Source of the DNA: Clostridiaceae bacterium
Lineage (GTDB): Bacteria > Bacillota > Clostridia > Saccharofermentanales > Saccharofermentanaceae
DNA: 39,798 nt
Reading direction: 5' to 3'
Assembly (NCBI GenBank): GCA_012718915.1
Contig: JAAYBI010000063.1
Coordinates: 1 to 39,798 of the forward strand
How positions within the stretch are numbered: the first letter of the stretch is position 1; each line of letters begins with the position of its first letter. The position numbers were made by a program, and so were the translations under genes. Of the stretch, positions 19,985 to 30,515 are shown piece after piece. The notes beneath the pieces are model-generated. The model searched no databases. It was not told the DNA's origin and was given only the letters and a program-made list of their open reading frames with translations.

Positions 19985-20014
19985 ATAATACCATAACAAT
20001 CTTCGCCTTATCAA
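19985..20014 (-). promoter_or_regulatory. candidate promoter (TTGATA-18-TATTAT) of the hyd maturation operon, followed by a ~170-nt leader containing a perfect 7-bp hairpin GAACCGA-AAA-TCGGTTC (19871-19887)
   Basis: Boxes read on the minus strand. There is a long untranslated leader before the regulator gene. Confidence 0.3.
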
Positions 20015-20061
20015 GCAAAGACGAATTAAAGATATCATGATTTCTGATTTGCACAAATATA

Positions 20062-20099
20062 CAGACAAACAAAAACAGCGACGGAGACCCGTCGCTGTT
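20062..20099 (-). terminator. rho-independent terminator of rpmE (11-bp stem AACAGCGACGG/CCGTCGCTGTT, then TTTTTGTTTGT on the minus strand)
   Basis: Perfect inverted repeat plus T-run, 55 nt after the rpmE stop. Confidence 0.8.
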
Positions 20100-20153
20100 A
20101 GATGACTTCTTGTCGCGTTTCGGCCAATTAAGGCCTCACATTCAAAAAAAGAA

Positions 20154-20354
20154 TTACTTTTGTTCCATTCTCTTCTTGAACTTATCAACACGTCCGCCGG
20201 TATCGATAAGCTTCTGCTTGCCGGTATAGAACGGGTGACACTTCGAGCAAATGTCAACACTGTAGCTCGCGCTGGTTGATGTCGTCTCAAAAGACTCGCC
20301 ACAGGCGCACTTCACAGTAACTTTCTCTGTCTTGGGATGGATGCCCTCTTTCAT
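20154..20354 (-). CDS. rpmE: 50S ribosomal protein L31
   Basis: [19 protein letters not shown]...[24 protein letters not shown]. The listed ORF has a spurious 20-codon 5' extension. Confidence 0.92.
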   Translation of the reverse strand: MKEGIHPKTEKVTVKCACGESFETTSTSASYSVDICSKCHPFYTGKQKLIDTGGRVDKFKKRMEQK

Positions 20355-20484
20355 TTTCTCACCTCTCATCAAAGATTCGACGCGTAACGTAAAATGTGTC
20401 GATACGTATGCCAAACCAGATTATCTAACGCAAAAGTATGCTACTACACAAACGCCTTACTGTCAATTGATTTCAGAAATATCC

Positions 20485-21954
20485 TCAGTTGTCTGTGGTC
20501 ATGTCTATCTTTTTCGGCGGCCTAAGTCTTTGTGCTTGAGAATATCGATTTTCCGGTTCAGACTGAAGATTATTAACATTCGGGTTAAGCTCTTCAGCCG
20601 CTTTAGACTCTAAAGCCTTAGCTATGGAAGAAGACGGCATAACCTTTGCGATTATCGGAACTACAAGCGGAGCGATCAATGATTTGATCCTCAGAAATAA
20701 TAATGTAATCGAATGAACCAATTTCTCTAACTGTTCACCTACAAATACTATTGCTATTTTCGTAAGCGATTCCTTTTCTTGCTTCTCTCTACGTTTATTG
20801 ATCGAATTATAAACACTAACAGCTACTGCTAATAATATGAGCCAAAAGAAAAACACCCAACTCTTGTCTTTGGCAGGCGAGATACTTGATTCGATTCCTA
20901 AAGATCCGAGACCATCTCCACCTCCAGCTCCGGAATCGTTGATTATACCCATAACAGCCGGGTCATTGTCGTCATTATCGGAATCAGAGGATTTAGAAGA
21001 TTGCGACGACACGCCCGATTCCGAACCATTCATTTGAAACGTTGATGTATCTTCGAAATGATCAGTCCCATCAACATCGGCTCCCGAATCCTGTTCTGCG
21101 GAGTCAGGAAAAGACTCGTTGGTAACCGGAGAAGAAGGATTTGTCATTGTCGGTTGAGTTTCATCGGTATTATCCTCTGTATCAGATACAGGAGTTGTTG
21201 TCGGTATTACAGGCTCCGAACTCTCTTTTGGAACCGAAGTAGATTCCGGCACTGTCGGCTCCGCAACAGGCTGAATAACAACCGGTGTCGGCTGAGCAGT
21301 GGGCAGAACGGTAGGTGCCGATGTAGCCACAGGAGTCGGTATAGGGGATGGAATAGACGTCGGTATTGTCGTTGGTATTGTCGTCGGCGTCGGTGATGGC
21401 GTCGGTGATGGCGTCGGCGTTGACTTAGGCGTTGGTGGTGGTGGCGGTGGTGGCGGTGGTGGCGGTGGTGGCGTAGACTTAGGCGTTGGTGTTGGAGTCG
21501 GCGTTGATACATTTCGATCTGCGCTTGCCGATTTAACCTTAACGCTGTTCCCAGTCGGAGACGTCGTCACCAGCTGAAATCCGATGCTATCATCATGCGC
21601 CCCCGATGAAATCGTCGAATTATAGCCACAAGGAGTGACAATCAATTTTCCGGAAGAATCGATTAGAAATGAGCCATTCCAGCTGCTCTGAATGGAAGCG
21701 TCGGAAGGCACAGAAATCTCAACCTTCCAATTGATGATGTCAAAAGTATTGCTATTAGTTATTTTGAGCGCGTACTGTGTAACCTGTTTCCCATCGCTAT
21801 CCCAACTATTTACCTTGGTCAGGGAAGTGCCGATAGACTCGCTGGCTTCTATCGGCATACGAAAAGAGAAAGCCATAAGAATAGCCGCTATAACAATTAT
21901 CAATAAGCGTTTAGTTATAGAACCAGACTGATATGCCACACATTTCCCATTCAT
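20485..21954 (-). CDS. type-I membrane-anchored surface protein: signal peptide, CBM2-like carbohydrate-binding domain, Pro/Thr linker with Pro14, acidic/Ser-rich segment, one TM helix, ~110-aa cytoplasmic tail
   Basis: Segment VNSWDSDGKQVTQYALKITNSNTFDIINWKVEISVP...SSWNGS...GFQLVTTSPTG follows the CBM2 pattern W..G...V.NT....W...F.....WN....G....GF. TM helix WVFFFWLILLAVAVSVYNSI is followed by NKRREKQEK. No catalytic domain. No LPXTG. Confidence 0.55.
   Translation of the reverse strand: MNGKCVAYQSGSITKRLLIIVIAAILMAFSFRMPIEASESIGTSLTKVNSWDSDGKQVTQYALKITNSNTFDIINWKVEISVPSDASIQSSWNGSFLIDSSGKLIVTPCGYNSTISSGAHDDSIGFQLVTTSPTGNSVKVKSASADRNVSTPTPTPTPKSTPPPPPPPPPPPPPTPKSTPTPSPTPSPTPTTIPTTIPTSIPSPIPTPVATSAPTVLPTAQPTPVVIQPVAEPTVPESTSVPKESSEPVIPTTTPVSDTEDNTDETQPTMTNPSSPVTNESFPDSAEQDSGADVDGTDHFEDTSTFQMNGSESGVSSQSSKSSDSDNDDNDPAVMGIINDSGAGGGDGLGSLGIESSISPAKDKSWVFFFWLILLAVAVSVYNSINKRREKQEKESLTKIAIVFVGEQLEKLVHSITLLFLRIKSLIAPLVVPIIAKVMPSSSIAKALESKAAEELNPNVNNLQSEPENRYSQAQRLRPPKKIDMTTDN
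21300..21500. repeat. coding tandem repeats: (GGTGGTGGC)n 9-bp units plus two copies of GACTTAGGCGTTGGTG, encoding the Pro14/PT linker on the opposite strand
   Basis: Repeat units directly visible at 21431-21475. Flanking GTCGGTGATGGC repeats are also present. Confidence 0.8.
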
Positions 21955-22096
21955 TGAAATTCTACCTCACAACCATCATTGATAATGATATTTCTAGGTT
22001 ATGGACATACGTCTTCGATTTGGTATGCCTTATACTTTTTGTGAAACGCATAACTCCAAATATGTCATAAAACAGGATAAAATAATCCAGAGAGCA

Positions 22097-23077
22097 TCAA
22101 CCCGTGATCACTCGGTCTTTTCCGGCTTTCTTTGCTTCATACATGCAATTATCCGCACGCGCAATAAATTCGGAAAGCATCTCGTTTTGATATTGGCTGA
22201 TTCCGGCACTTGCCGTAACACGAAAACCCTGCTCGTATTGGAAATCTCGAACTTTCGAAAGGATACGACGCATCACTTTCTCGGCATCACTTTTCTTGGT
22301 TTGAGAAAAAACCACCAGATACTCTTCACCGCCATATCTTCCAACCATATCCGTCTCTCGCACGGAGTCGGCAATAATCTGGGCCGTTTGTCTCAATACT
22401 TCGTCTCCGACTACATGGCCGTATTGATCATTAACCTTCTTAAAGTCGTCAATATCAACCATCGCAATGGAAAGCGGTTGCTTCGTCTGAATCGAAACCG
22501 CTGTTTGATCGTTGAGAAATTCAACAACTGCACGATGATTGAAAATACCTGTCACTTCGTCTTTGCGCGTTTTTTCAAGAAGCACCCTATTGTCTTGCTC
22601 AAGCTGCTTGAGCTTTTCTTTGCGATCGGTAATGTCAAAGACAATTCCTGCAACAAACAACGGCCTCCCGGATTTATCTCGCTTTGTGATACTGCCGCGA
22701 TCATAAAACCATCGATATGATTCATCTTTACACCGAACACGATACTCAACCTCGTATACCTTTGCGCCATGATACATATGATTAAGCATCGCCGTCATAG
22801 TTGCTTCATGATCATCAGGATGGAGTCTGTCCGTAAAAAATTGATAAGTCAGCGGGTTCGGAATCTCACTCATCTCAAAGCCCAAGGCTTGAACCTTGTG
22901 CGGATTGCAGATGACTTTGTTGCTCGGAACGTGCCAGTACCAGTGGCCGAGATTGCCTGTCCATGCATAATTCAGATCTGTAGATTGTCTTTGCTCGGAG
23001 AGAAGCTGCTCATTAAGAATTTTCAGTTCAGAAGCAACCTCGATAAGTTCTTCTTTGCTCATTGAAGTGTAATCCAT
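22097..23077 (-). CDS. PAS-GGDEF diguanylate cyclase
   Basis: N-terminal PAS-like region and a C-terminal GGDEF domain with an intact RYGGEEY active-site motif. No TM segments, so it is cytoplasmic. Confidence 0.8.
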   Translation of the reverse strand: MDYTSMSKEELIEVASELKILNEQLLSEQRQSTDLNYAWTGNLGHWYWHVPSNKVICNPHKVQALGFEMSEIPNPLTYQFFTDRLHPDDHEATMTAMLNHMYHGAKVYEVEYRVRCKDESYRWFYDRGSITKRDKSGRPLFVAGIVFDITDRKEKLKQLEQDNRVLLEKTRKDEVTGIFNHRAVVEFLNDQTAVSIQTKQPLSIAMVDIDDFKKVNDQYGHVVGDEVLRQTAQIIADSVRETDMVGRYGGEEYLVVFSQTKKSDAEKVMRRILSKVRDFQYEQGFRVTASAGISQYQNEMLSEFIARADNCMYEAKKAGKDRVITG

Positions 23078-23162
23078 ATTCTTGCCCCCTTCTTGATCGG
23101 CAACCGCCGACCAAAAGACAAAGTATGATTACATCTTATCGTATTTTTAATAAAATGACACG

Positions 23163-25373
23163 TTATTTATTTGAATTTCCATTCGCGTTATTGACCGTAC
23201 TCGTTCCCGCAGGGCGAGTGCCGCGCATCGCTTCAAATACTGCTTTATCATTAAAAGAAACATTCACGGACTGAACAAATTGCTGATTACTCTGCGTTTT
23301 AAGCAATAGATTTATTATCATCTCCGTGACGGCCGTCGTATCCAATTGACCGAACGCTTTTCGGATACTCCACACTGCATCAAGCTCCTTGTCCGAAAGA
23401 AGTAACTCCTCACGCCTTGTTCCTGACTTATTAATATCAATCGCCGGGAATATCCGCTTCTCAGAAAGCTTTCGATCCAAGTATACTTCCATATTGCCGG
23501 TTCCCTTGAACTCTTCAAATATAACCTCATCCATTCGCGAGCCGGTATCGATTAAAGACGTTGCAATAATAGTAAGGCTGCCACCGTTTTCTATATTACG
23601 AGCTGCCCCGAAAAAGCGCTTTGGTCCGTACAGCGCTCCGGGATCTAGTCCGCCTGACAGTGTTCTTCCTGTAGGGTTAATCGTCAAGTTGTAAGCTCTG
23701 GACAACCGCGTCATCGAATCCAGTAATATGACAACATCCTGACCTAGCTCAACCAGGCGCATAGCACGCTCCAAGACTAATTCAACGATCTTTGTATGAT
23801 TCTCCGGTTTTTTGTCAAATGTAGAATACACGACCTCGCCATTAATCGATCTTTGCATATCCGTGACTTCTTCAGGACGCTCATCAATCAGTAATACTAT
23901 TAGTTTGGTATCCGGATTATTGATCGAAATAGCATTGGCAATCTTCTGTAACAGGATTGTTTTTCCTGCCTTTGGCGGAGAAACAATCATCCCTCTCTGT
24001 CCTTTTCCGATAGGCGCGATTAAGTCGATAATCCGAGTGGATAACTCAATTTTGTGTGTTTCAAGAACATATCTCTCGTCGGGATATATTGGTGTTAATT
24101 TATCAAAATGCGGCCTACGCATCATTTTCTCGGGGGGCAAGCCATTAACCTCTTTAATGTATTGTAATGGCGCATACTTATCCGAATCCTTCTTCATTCG
24201 AACCGGACCGGTGATCTGGTCTCCTGTTCGAAGATTAAACCTCCGAATGTAATTGCTGTGAAGAAAAACATCCCCTGCAGAAGGAAGGTAATTTTCCGTA
24301 CGCAAAAATCCAAACCCTTCGGACATAATTTCCAGAATGCCGGTAACCACGACCGGTTCAGGTTCTTTTCGCTTGAGTGTTACAGGCGCAGCATCTTTAA
24401 TTATGTCACCGGTCTCCGCTTCTGCTGAAGAAAAGGCGGCATCTTCATTTTCGGAATTGCGACTCTCATTTTGAGGTGTGATGATTACCGAACGCTTTCT
24501 GCCGCGAGAGCGTTTGAGCTTAGACGGCGCCGAACTCGACCGCACCACAGAACCATCGCTTGAAACCACCGAATCTTCGCGCTCAGCGCTTGTTTCAATA
24601 TCATCAGCAGGTTGCACGCGGTTTATTTCTTCAATTGGCGGCTGAAGAGTTCCGGTTTGACCATCATTGTCAGTCACCGTAACATCAGCCGTTGACTCAG
24701 GCAATTTGTCACTAACCGGCAGCTCATGAGCTGAATCCTTCTTGTCAGGCTTAGGCTTGATGATTTTGCTTGTTCGAGAACGAGAAGAATGTTTATCACT
24801 CGCCTTTTCAGCCGCGACAGAGGTTGAATTCTCTTGAGTTATTAATTCCTGAGGTTCGCTCTGAGAAACTTCTTTCGTCTCGATATCAACGGATGTCGGT
24901 TCAATCATTGGCTTTCGACTTGTTTTGCGCGTTCTCGAAGCTACGGTTTGCATCGGTTTGATGTTTTCTGTTAGCGGAGATTCTGATTTAGCCGTCTCCG
25001 AAGATTTCTCCGTACGCGTGTTTTGATTGGCGGAAGAATCTTTTGAAGTCTTCACTTTATTTGCCGAGGTGGCTTTCTTGGGCGTCTTCTCGATCGGTTT
25101 CGAAGTGGTTTTCTTGTTGCTTGTTTTGATAACAGAATCTGGAGTATCTGACGCGAGAATCTGCGGGTCACCTGCAGGCTTAATCTCTGAGTCTGCTTGA
25201 CGATTATCCGAATTCTTGGAAAATGAATCGCTTACCTGCTGCGAAGCAAGGTATAGAACAAGAGAATCTTTAGTCATCGCAGTCGCCTTAGATTCGGTTA
25301 ACAGGCCAAACTGAACCGCAATTGAAACAAGATCTTTCTTTTTTTTCGCAGAAAAATGGGTCTTGAAGTCCAT
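23163..25373 (-). CDS. rho: transcription termination factor Rho with ~300-aa disordered N-terminal insertion domain
   Basis: C-terminal ~420 aa is canonical Rho: RNA-binding FGFLR region and Walker [18 protein letters not shown]. The N-terminus has a Rho_N-like start followed by a K/S/T/E/D-rich low-complexity region. 736 aa in total. Confidence 0.9.
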   Translation of the reverse strand: MDFKTHFSAKKKKDLVSIAVQFGLLTESKATAMTKDSLVLYLASQQVSDSFSKNSDNRQADSEIKPAGDPQILASDTPDSVIKTSNKKTTSKPIEKTPKKATSANKVKTSKDSSANQNTRTEKSSETAKSESPLTENIKPMQTVASRTRKTSRKPMIEPTSVDIETKEVSQSEPQELITQENSTSVAAEKASDKHSSRSRTSKIIKPKPDKKDSAHELPVSDKLPESTADVTVTDNDGQTGTLQPPIEEINRVQPADDIETSAEREDSVVSSDGSVVRSSSAPSKLKRSRGRKRSVIITPQNESRNSENEDAAFSSAEAETGDIIKDAAPVTLKRKEPEPVVVTGILEIMSEGFGFLRTENYLPSAGDVFLHSNYIRRFNLRTGDQITGPVRMKKDSDKYAPLQYIKEVNGLPPEKMMRRPHFDKLTPIYPDERYVLETHKIELSTRIIDLIAPIGKGQRGMIVSPPKAGKTILLQKIANAISINNPDTKLIVLLIDERPEEVTDMQRSINGEVVYSTFDKKPENHTKIVELVLERAMRLVELGQDVVILLDSMTRLSRAYNLTINPTGRTLSGGLDPGALYGPKRFFGAARNIENGGSLTIIATSLIDTGSRMDEVIFEEFKGTGNMEVYLDRKLSEKRIFPAIDINKSGTRREELLLSDKELDAVWSIRKAFGQLDTTAVTEMIINLLLKTQSNQQFVQSVNVSFNDKAVFEAMRGTRPAGTSTVNNANGNSNK

Positions 25374-25589
25374 ATAATACCCCTACTTACATAAAAATGA
25401 GACAAACAGAAACGCGCTCACGATCAAATGATCAAACGGCAAGATAACTTACTCGCGAAAATCGGAAACAAATAAAAAAAGCAAATATAGTACTCACAAT
25501 CAAGAAAATAATAAGCCAAAGATGGCAAGAAATAATGAATCGTGGTTATTATAAATCCGTCCGGCTACATTCGTCAATACAAAATAGAG

Positions 25590-25615
25590 ATATCTTTCCG
25601 TTATATCTTTCCGTT
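25590..25615. repeat. perfect tandem direct repeat ATATCTTTCCGTT x2 in the 495-nt mbl-rho intergenic region
   Basis: Two adjacent identical 13-mers seen in the sequence. Confidence 0.7.
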
Positions 25616-25868
25616 AGTTTATAGATAGTGCGAAATAGATACTACTTCACAAGCGCTTGCTTAATCATAATAGCGACACAGTCGATCCTCCTTCAACTCG
25701 AACTCAAGAATTACACAAAAAGCATATAATGCAACATCGTCTATAGCTAATGTAAATGGACACGCTAATTATACATTCAACGTCATCTATTTATTTCTAG
25801 CTAATAATCGAACTGAAATGCAACAATCACTTGAAAATTTAGCATGAGTTATAAAGCAAGGTCCGTAA

Positions 25869-26879
25869 TCAAGCGTCACCAAGTGCAGCAAACTTATCCA
25901 TCATGTTCAATGCTTTTCCGGTGCCGATAGCAACACAACTCACTGCGTCATCTGCAACAAAAACATCAATACCAATCTTCGTGGCCAACATGCGGTCTAG
26001 TCCGTAGAGCAAAGCACCTCCACCGGTCATGACTATACCACGTTGGCTGATGTCAGCCATCAGCTCCGGCGGTGTTCTTTCAAGGACAGAGTGGACTGCT
26101 TCAAAAATCTGCGCCACCGGCTCTTCTAAAGCTTCCAGCATTTCGGTAGAGGACACCGTAACCGTCGCAGGAAGGCCGGTAATAAGGTTTCGACCACGAA
26201 CGTCCATAGTCGATTCCTCTTCTCTCGGATAAGCACAGCCAATCTGAATCTTGAGTTCTTCTGCCGTCTTTTCTCCGATGAGAACATTGTGCTTTCGACG
26301 GACATGCTTAACAATCGCCTCATCGAATCGATCGCCAGCAATTTTTAGAGAATAGTCTACAACCGGCTCACAAAGCGAAATAACAGCGATATCGGTCGTT
26401 CCTCCTCCGATGTCCACAATCATTGATCCGCATGCCTTCGTAATATCAATACCTGCTCCGATGGCAGCGGCTATGGGTTCTCGAATAAGAAAAACGTCCT
26501 TTGCACCTGCATGTCGACAAGCATCCTCAACTGCTTTTTGTTCAACCGGTGTAATAACAGAAGGCACACAGACGACAATTGTCGGCTTAAAATAGGTTGC
26601 GCGAAGTCCGTGGCACACCCGACCGATAAAGGCCTTAAGCATGACTTCGGTGACTTTAAAATCGGAAATCACGCCATCTCGCAAGGGACGAATGGCCTCA
26701 ACGACACCGGGCGTTCTCCCAAGCATCAAACTCGCACTTTCGCCGACGGCCAACACTTTACCCGTCTTCGTATTCACGGCTACCACTGACGGTTCCTTGA
26801 GAACAACACCACGACCACGAACATATATCAATACACTACTGGTACCTAAATCGATACCAATATCCATTCCTAATCCCAT
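25869..26879 (-). CDS. mreB: rod-shape-determining actin homolog MreB/Mbl
   Basis: DIGIDLGTSSVLIY N-terminus. Actin-fold phosphate loops. 336 aa. AAGGAG RBS. Confidence 0.88.
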   Translation of the reverse strand: MGLGMDIGIDLGTSSVLIYVRGRGVVLKEPSVVAVNTKTGKVLAVGESASLMLGRTPGVVEAIRPLRDGVISDFKVTEVMLKAFIGRVCHGLRATYFKPTIVVCVPSVITPVEQKAVEDACRHAGAKDVFLIREPIAAAIGAGIDITKACGSMIVDIGGGTTDIAVISLCEPVVDYSLKIAGDRFDEAIVKHVRRKHNVLIGEKTAEELKIQIGCAYPREEESTMDVRGRNLITGLPATVTVSSTEMLEALEEPVAQIFEAVHSVLERTPPELMADISQRGIVMTGGGALLYGLDRMLATKIGIDVFVADDAVSCVAIGTGKALNMMDKFAALGDA

Positions 26880-27015
26880 ATTAATGACTCCTTATATACT
26901 TATACGCGAGTTAAGCTCACGTGAACTTCATTACAAATAACCAAAAATAATGATACAATAAAATAGCTTCCGGTTCAATGAATGCACCAATTTTCACTAA
27001 TAATCGGGTGATATT

Positions 27016-27864
27016 GTGAGAAAAAAAATCATTGCTTACCTATTCGTTCTATTTTATCATATAAATTTATACTTTGCGGACTATATTTCGTCGGATATTT
27101 CCGGTTTTATTGATATCCTGGCAGGACTAACCATACCAATATTTGCATATTCGTTGGCCATCGGATTTTTGAAAACAACAAACAGTGGCCATTATTTTAT
27201 ACGTATTGCGATTTCCGCCGTCATCACCCAATGTATTCAATATTTACTTTTGCCCCTGTCAGGGTTTTCCCAATCATCTATCCCGCTCAACCCCATGTAC
27301 GCTTTACTTTTAGCGTTTGGTTTACTGTACGGGTTAGAAATGATATTGCCATATACTCCCGACAAAATTGCATCTTTGAAACTGCTTGAGGCCAATCCTC
27401 ACAACAAATCCACAAGATTCGACATGCGAATATCCGGTGAAACCAATCGTCCTTTGGGCATGCGAGTTCCCAAATGGCCAGAGCCGTTGATTCAGATTGT
27501 CGGCTTTTTTCTCGTAGTCTTATGCATTACCATACCAATCGTTCTGCCGGTGAGTTTTGGTCTCTTTTTTATTCTGGCAACACTACTTTTTTATATCATC
27601 GAAAAGTGCTATACCCGCAACAAGATGCTCACGGCGTTCATTTGTTTTCTTTTGATGGATGCCGGTTATCTTCTCGTGCAATATAGATATACCGGTCGAA
27701 TTCATCCATGGGGAGCTTCTGCTGCCAGCATCATCTTCTGCTACTTACCTAACGAAGAAAAGCGACCCTCCCGAAAAATGCGCAATATAATGTATGTGTT
27801 TTTCCCTCTTCATATTTTGCTGATACTGATTGCTCGCATAATCATTTATACATTTTGGATGTAA
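27016..27864 (+). CDS. polytopic membrane protein, possibly TraX family
   Basis: About 8 predicted TM helices. C-terminal YVFFPLHILLILI resembles the TraX FYPxHL signature. GTG start with a weak RBS. Confidence 0.35.
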   Translation: MRKKIIAYLFVLFYHINLYFADYISSDISGFIDILAGLTIPIFAYSLAIGFLKTTNSGHYFIRIAISAVITQCIQYLLLPLSGFSQSSIPLNPMYALLLAFGLLYGLEMILPYTPDKIASLKLLEANPHNKSTRFDMRISGETNRPLGMRVPKWPEPLIQIVGFFLVVLCITIPIVLPVSFGLFFILATLLFYIIEKCYTRNKMLTAFICFLLMDAGYLLVQYRYTGRIHPWGASAASIIFCYLPNEEKRPSRKMRNIMYVFFPLHILLILIARIIIYTFWM

Positions 27865-28013
27865 AAATATCTCGAGCCGCAAGAAACACTCAAATTTCTG
27901 TCGACAAAAGTCGCGTTCATCACAAAACGTCCAAAGATGTATTTTGAGCATGAGTTCTGATATAATTTTTTAAGCATTCCAATTCAATAACAGTATCGAA
28001 AGAGGCAAACACC

Positions 28014-30488
28014 ATGGCATATTCTGTAGACATCGACAAAAAGTGGCAAAAACGCTGGGAAGAATCCAACTTATACCGATTTGATACCGGGAATCTTGAT
28101 AAAAAACTATATTGCTTGGAGATGTTTTCTTATCCGAGCGGAGCAAATCTTCATCTCGGTCACTGGTATAACTACGCGCTTACAGATTCTTGGTCAAGAA
28201 TGAAGCGCATGCAAGGATATAATGTATTTCATCCAATGGGCTTTGATGCTTTTGGTTTGCCTGCCGAAAATTACGCCATAAAAACCGGAATCCACCCGCA
28301 GGATTCTACCATGTCTAACATAAAGACTATGGAAGAGCAACTCAAGGCGCTCGGTGCCACATACGACTGGCAATATGAGCTTGCCACCTGTACTCCCGAA
28401 TATTACCGTTGGAACCAGTGGATCTTCCTGCGAATGCTCGAAAACGACCTTGCCTACCGCAAGAATGCCCCGGTGAACTGGTGTCCAAAATGCAACACCG
28501 TGTTAGCTAACGAGCAAGTCATTGACGGGGCTTGCGAAAGGTGCTCTTCAGAAGTTATCAGAAAGAATATGACACAGTGGTTTTTCGCGATTACTAAATA
28601 CGCACAGGAACTACTCGATTGTTTACAAGACCTTGATTGGCCTGATAAGACCAAGAAAATTCAGACCAACTGGATTGGACGCTCCGAAGGTGCTCAACTC
28701 TCTTTCTTCTGTGAAAAAGAAGGCGCGCCTTTGTACGATAAGGATGGAAACGCACTCAAACTTGATGTCTTTACCACACGTGCGGATACACTTATGGGCG
28801 TCACCTACGTCGTCGTTGCCCCGGAGTCCGTGCTCTGTGATGTACTCACGACTGCCGACCAGCTCGAAGCGGTTCGCTCATATCAAGATCAAACGAGAAA
28901 AGCTTCTGACATTGACCGCATGTCTACGACTCGCGACAAAACCGGCGTATTTACCGGATCTTATGCAGTTCACCCTATTACCGGCAAAAAAGTCCCGATT
29001 TGGACATCAGACTATGTCATCGCAGGTTATGGCACCGGCGTCGTTATGGCCGTTCCGGCTCATGACGAAAGAGACTTCGAATTCGCGAAAAAGTTTGACC
29101 TTGATATTGTCCGCGTGATCGCATCCTCAAACGAGTCGGATGATACATTACCTTTTACCGAAAAGGGTATCCTCGTCGAATCCGGTGAATTCACCGGATT
29201 AACTTCTGACGAATCCGTACATGCCATTATTGCAAAACTATCACCAATAAATATGGGCGAACTCAAGATAAATTTCCGTCTCCGTGACTGGCTGATTTCT
29301 CGACAAAGATACTGGGGAACACCCATCCCGATTATTCACTGCCCGGATTGCGGAGTCATACCTGTTCCGGATGATCAACTTCCGGTTCTCCTCCCTTATG
29401 ATGTCGAATTCCGTCCCGACGGTGAGTCCCCACTCAAAAAGTGCCGTTCATTTATGGATGTCAAATGTCCAAAATGTGGAGCAGATGCTCATCGAGATCC
29501 GGACACGATGGATACTTTCGTTGACTCATCCTGGTATCAATTCCGATATGTTGATAATCTCAATAACAATGCAATTTTCGATAAAACCAAGGTCAACGCA
29601 ATGTGCCCTGTAGACAAATACGTCGGAGGTTCGGAACATGCTGCCATGCATCTTCTCTATGCGCGTTTTTTCACGAAAGCTCTTAGAGATATGGGATATC
29701 TCAACTTTGACGAACCGTTCAGATCCTTAGTTCATCAAGGTATCATATTAGGCCCGGACGGCAACCGCATGTCAAAATCAAAAGGCAACACCGTTGCCCC
29801 GGACGCCTATGTCAGCAAGTATGGCTCTGATGTCTTTCGAACCTATTTAGCATTTGGCTTTGCTTATACCGACGGCGGCCCTTGGAATGATGGCGGTATC
29901 CAGGCGATTGCCAAGTTCACTTCGAGAATCGAAAGAATCATAGAGGATTTGCCATCAAAAGCCTCTATCGGTTCGGAGTCATTCGATATTAACGCGGAAG
30001 ACAAGAGTCTCCACTACGCCATCCACTACGCCATTAAGTCGGTTACACACGACACCGAACGATTCCAATTCAACACTTCGATTGCACGTTTGATGGAACT
30101 TGTCAACGCAATTAACAAGTATCAGAGCACCTCCTCTCCTAAGGCACCTCTGTTGCGTCAGGCCGGGGAGACTTTACTGTTATTGTTTGCGCCGTTCGCT
30201 CCGCATTTTTGCGAAGAATTGTGGAACAAGATTGGCAACGAGTATTCAATATTCAACCAAAGCTGGCCCGAGTACGATCCCCAGGCATTAGTATTAGACA
30301 CGATTGAGATTGCCGTTCAGGTCAACGGTCAGGTTAAGTTCAAAATTGACATCGACAACAATGCCGATGCAACGCAAGTCGAAGACATCGTTCGCAACGA
30401 CGAACGCCTTGAAGAAGCACTTTCAGGAAGAGGCATTGTAAAAGTCATATATGTAAAAGGCAGATTGATCAATATAGTAGCTAAATAA
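28014..30488 (+). CDS. leuS: leucine--tRNA ligase
   Basis: HIGH motif ([11 protein letters not shown]), KMSKS (RMSKSKGN), editing CP1 domain. 824 aa. Confidence 0.95.
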   Translation: MAYSVDIDKKWQKRWEESNLYRFDTGNLDKKLYCLEMFSYPSGANLHLGHWYNYALTDSWSRMKRMQGYNVFHPMGFDAFGLPAENYAIKTGIHPQDSTMSNIKTMEEQLKALGATYDWQYELATCTPEYYRWNQWIFLRMLENDLAYRKNAPVNWCPKCNTVLANEQVIDGACERCSSEVIRKNMTQWFFAITKYAQELLDCLQDLDWPDKTKKIQTNWIGRSEGAQLSFFCEKEGAPLYDKDGNALKLDVFTTRADTLMGVTYVVVAPESVLCDVLTTADQLEAVRSYQDQTRKASDIDRMSTTRDKTGVFTGSYAVHPITGKKVPIWTSDYVIAGYGTGVVMAVPAHDERDFEFAKKFDLDIVRVIASSNESDDTLPFTEKGILVESGEFTGLTSDESVHAIIAKLSPINMGELKINFRLRDWLISRQRYWGTPIPIIHCPDCGVIPVPDDQLPVLLPYDVEFRPDGESPLKKCRSFMDVKCPKCGADAHRDPDTMDTFVDSSWYQFRYVDNLNNNAIFDKTKVNAMCPVDKYVGGSEHAAMHLLYARFFTKALRDMGYLNFDEPFRSLVHQGIILGPDGNRMSKSKGNTVAPDAYVSKYGSDVFRTYLAFGFAYTDGGPWNDGGIQAIAKFTSRIERIIEDLPSKASIGSESFDINAEDKSLHYAIHYAIKSVTHDTERFQFNTSIARLMELVNAINKYQSTSSPKAPLLRQAGETLLLLFAPFAPHFCEELWNKIGNEYSIFNQSWPEYDPQALVLDTIEIAVQVNGQVKFKIDIDNNADATQVEDIVRNDERLEEALSGRGIVKVIYVKGRLINIVAK

Positions 30489-30515
30489 ATCTATTCGATT
30501 ACTGCCGGTACGAAT

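Noticed and set aside
21058-21577. ORFs 21058-21396(+), 21207-21512(-) and 21299-21577(+), giving Arg/His-rich or Gly/Val-rich proteins
   Set aside because: These are alternate-frame or antisense readings of the tandem-repeat Pro/Thr linker of the 20485-21954 gene. Their low-complexity composition mirrors the repeat, so they are not independent genes.
23163-24300. Prion-like domain in Rho, as reported for Clostridium botulinum
   Set aside because: The insertion is K/S/T/E/D-rich and not Q/N-rich. Its composition does not fit a canonical prion-forming domain. I kept it only as a disordered insertion.
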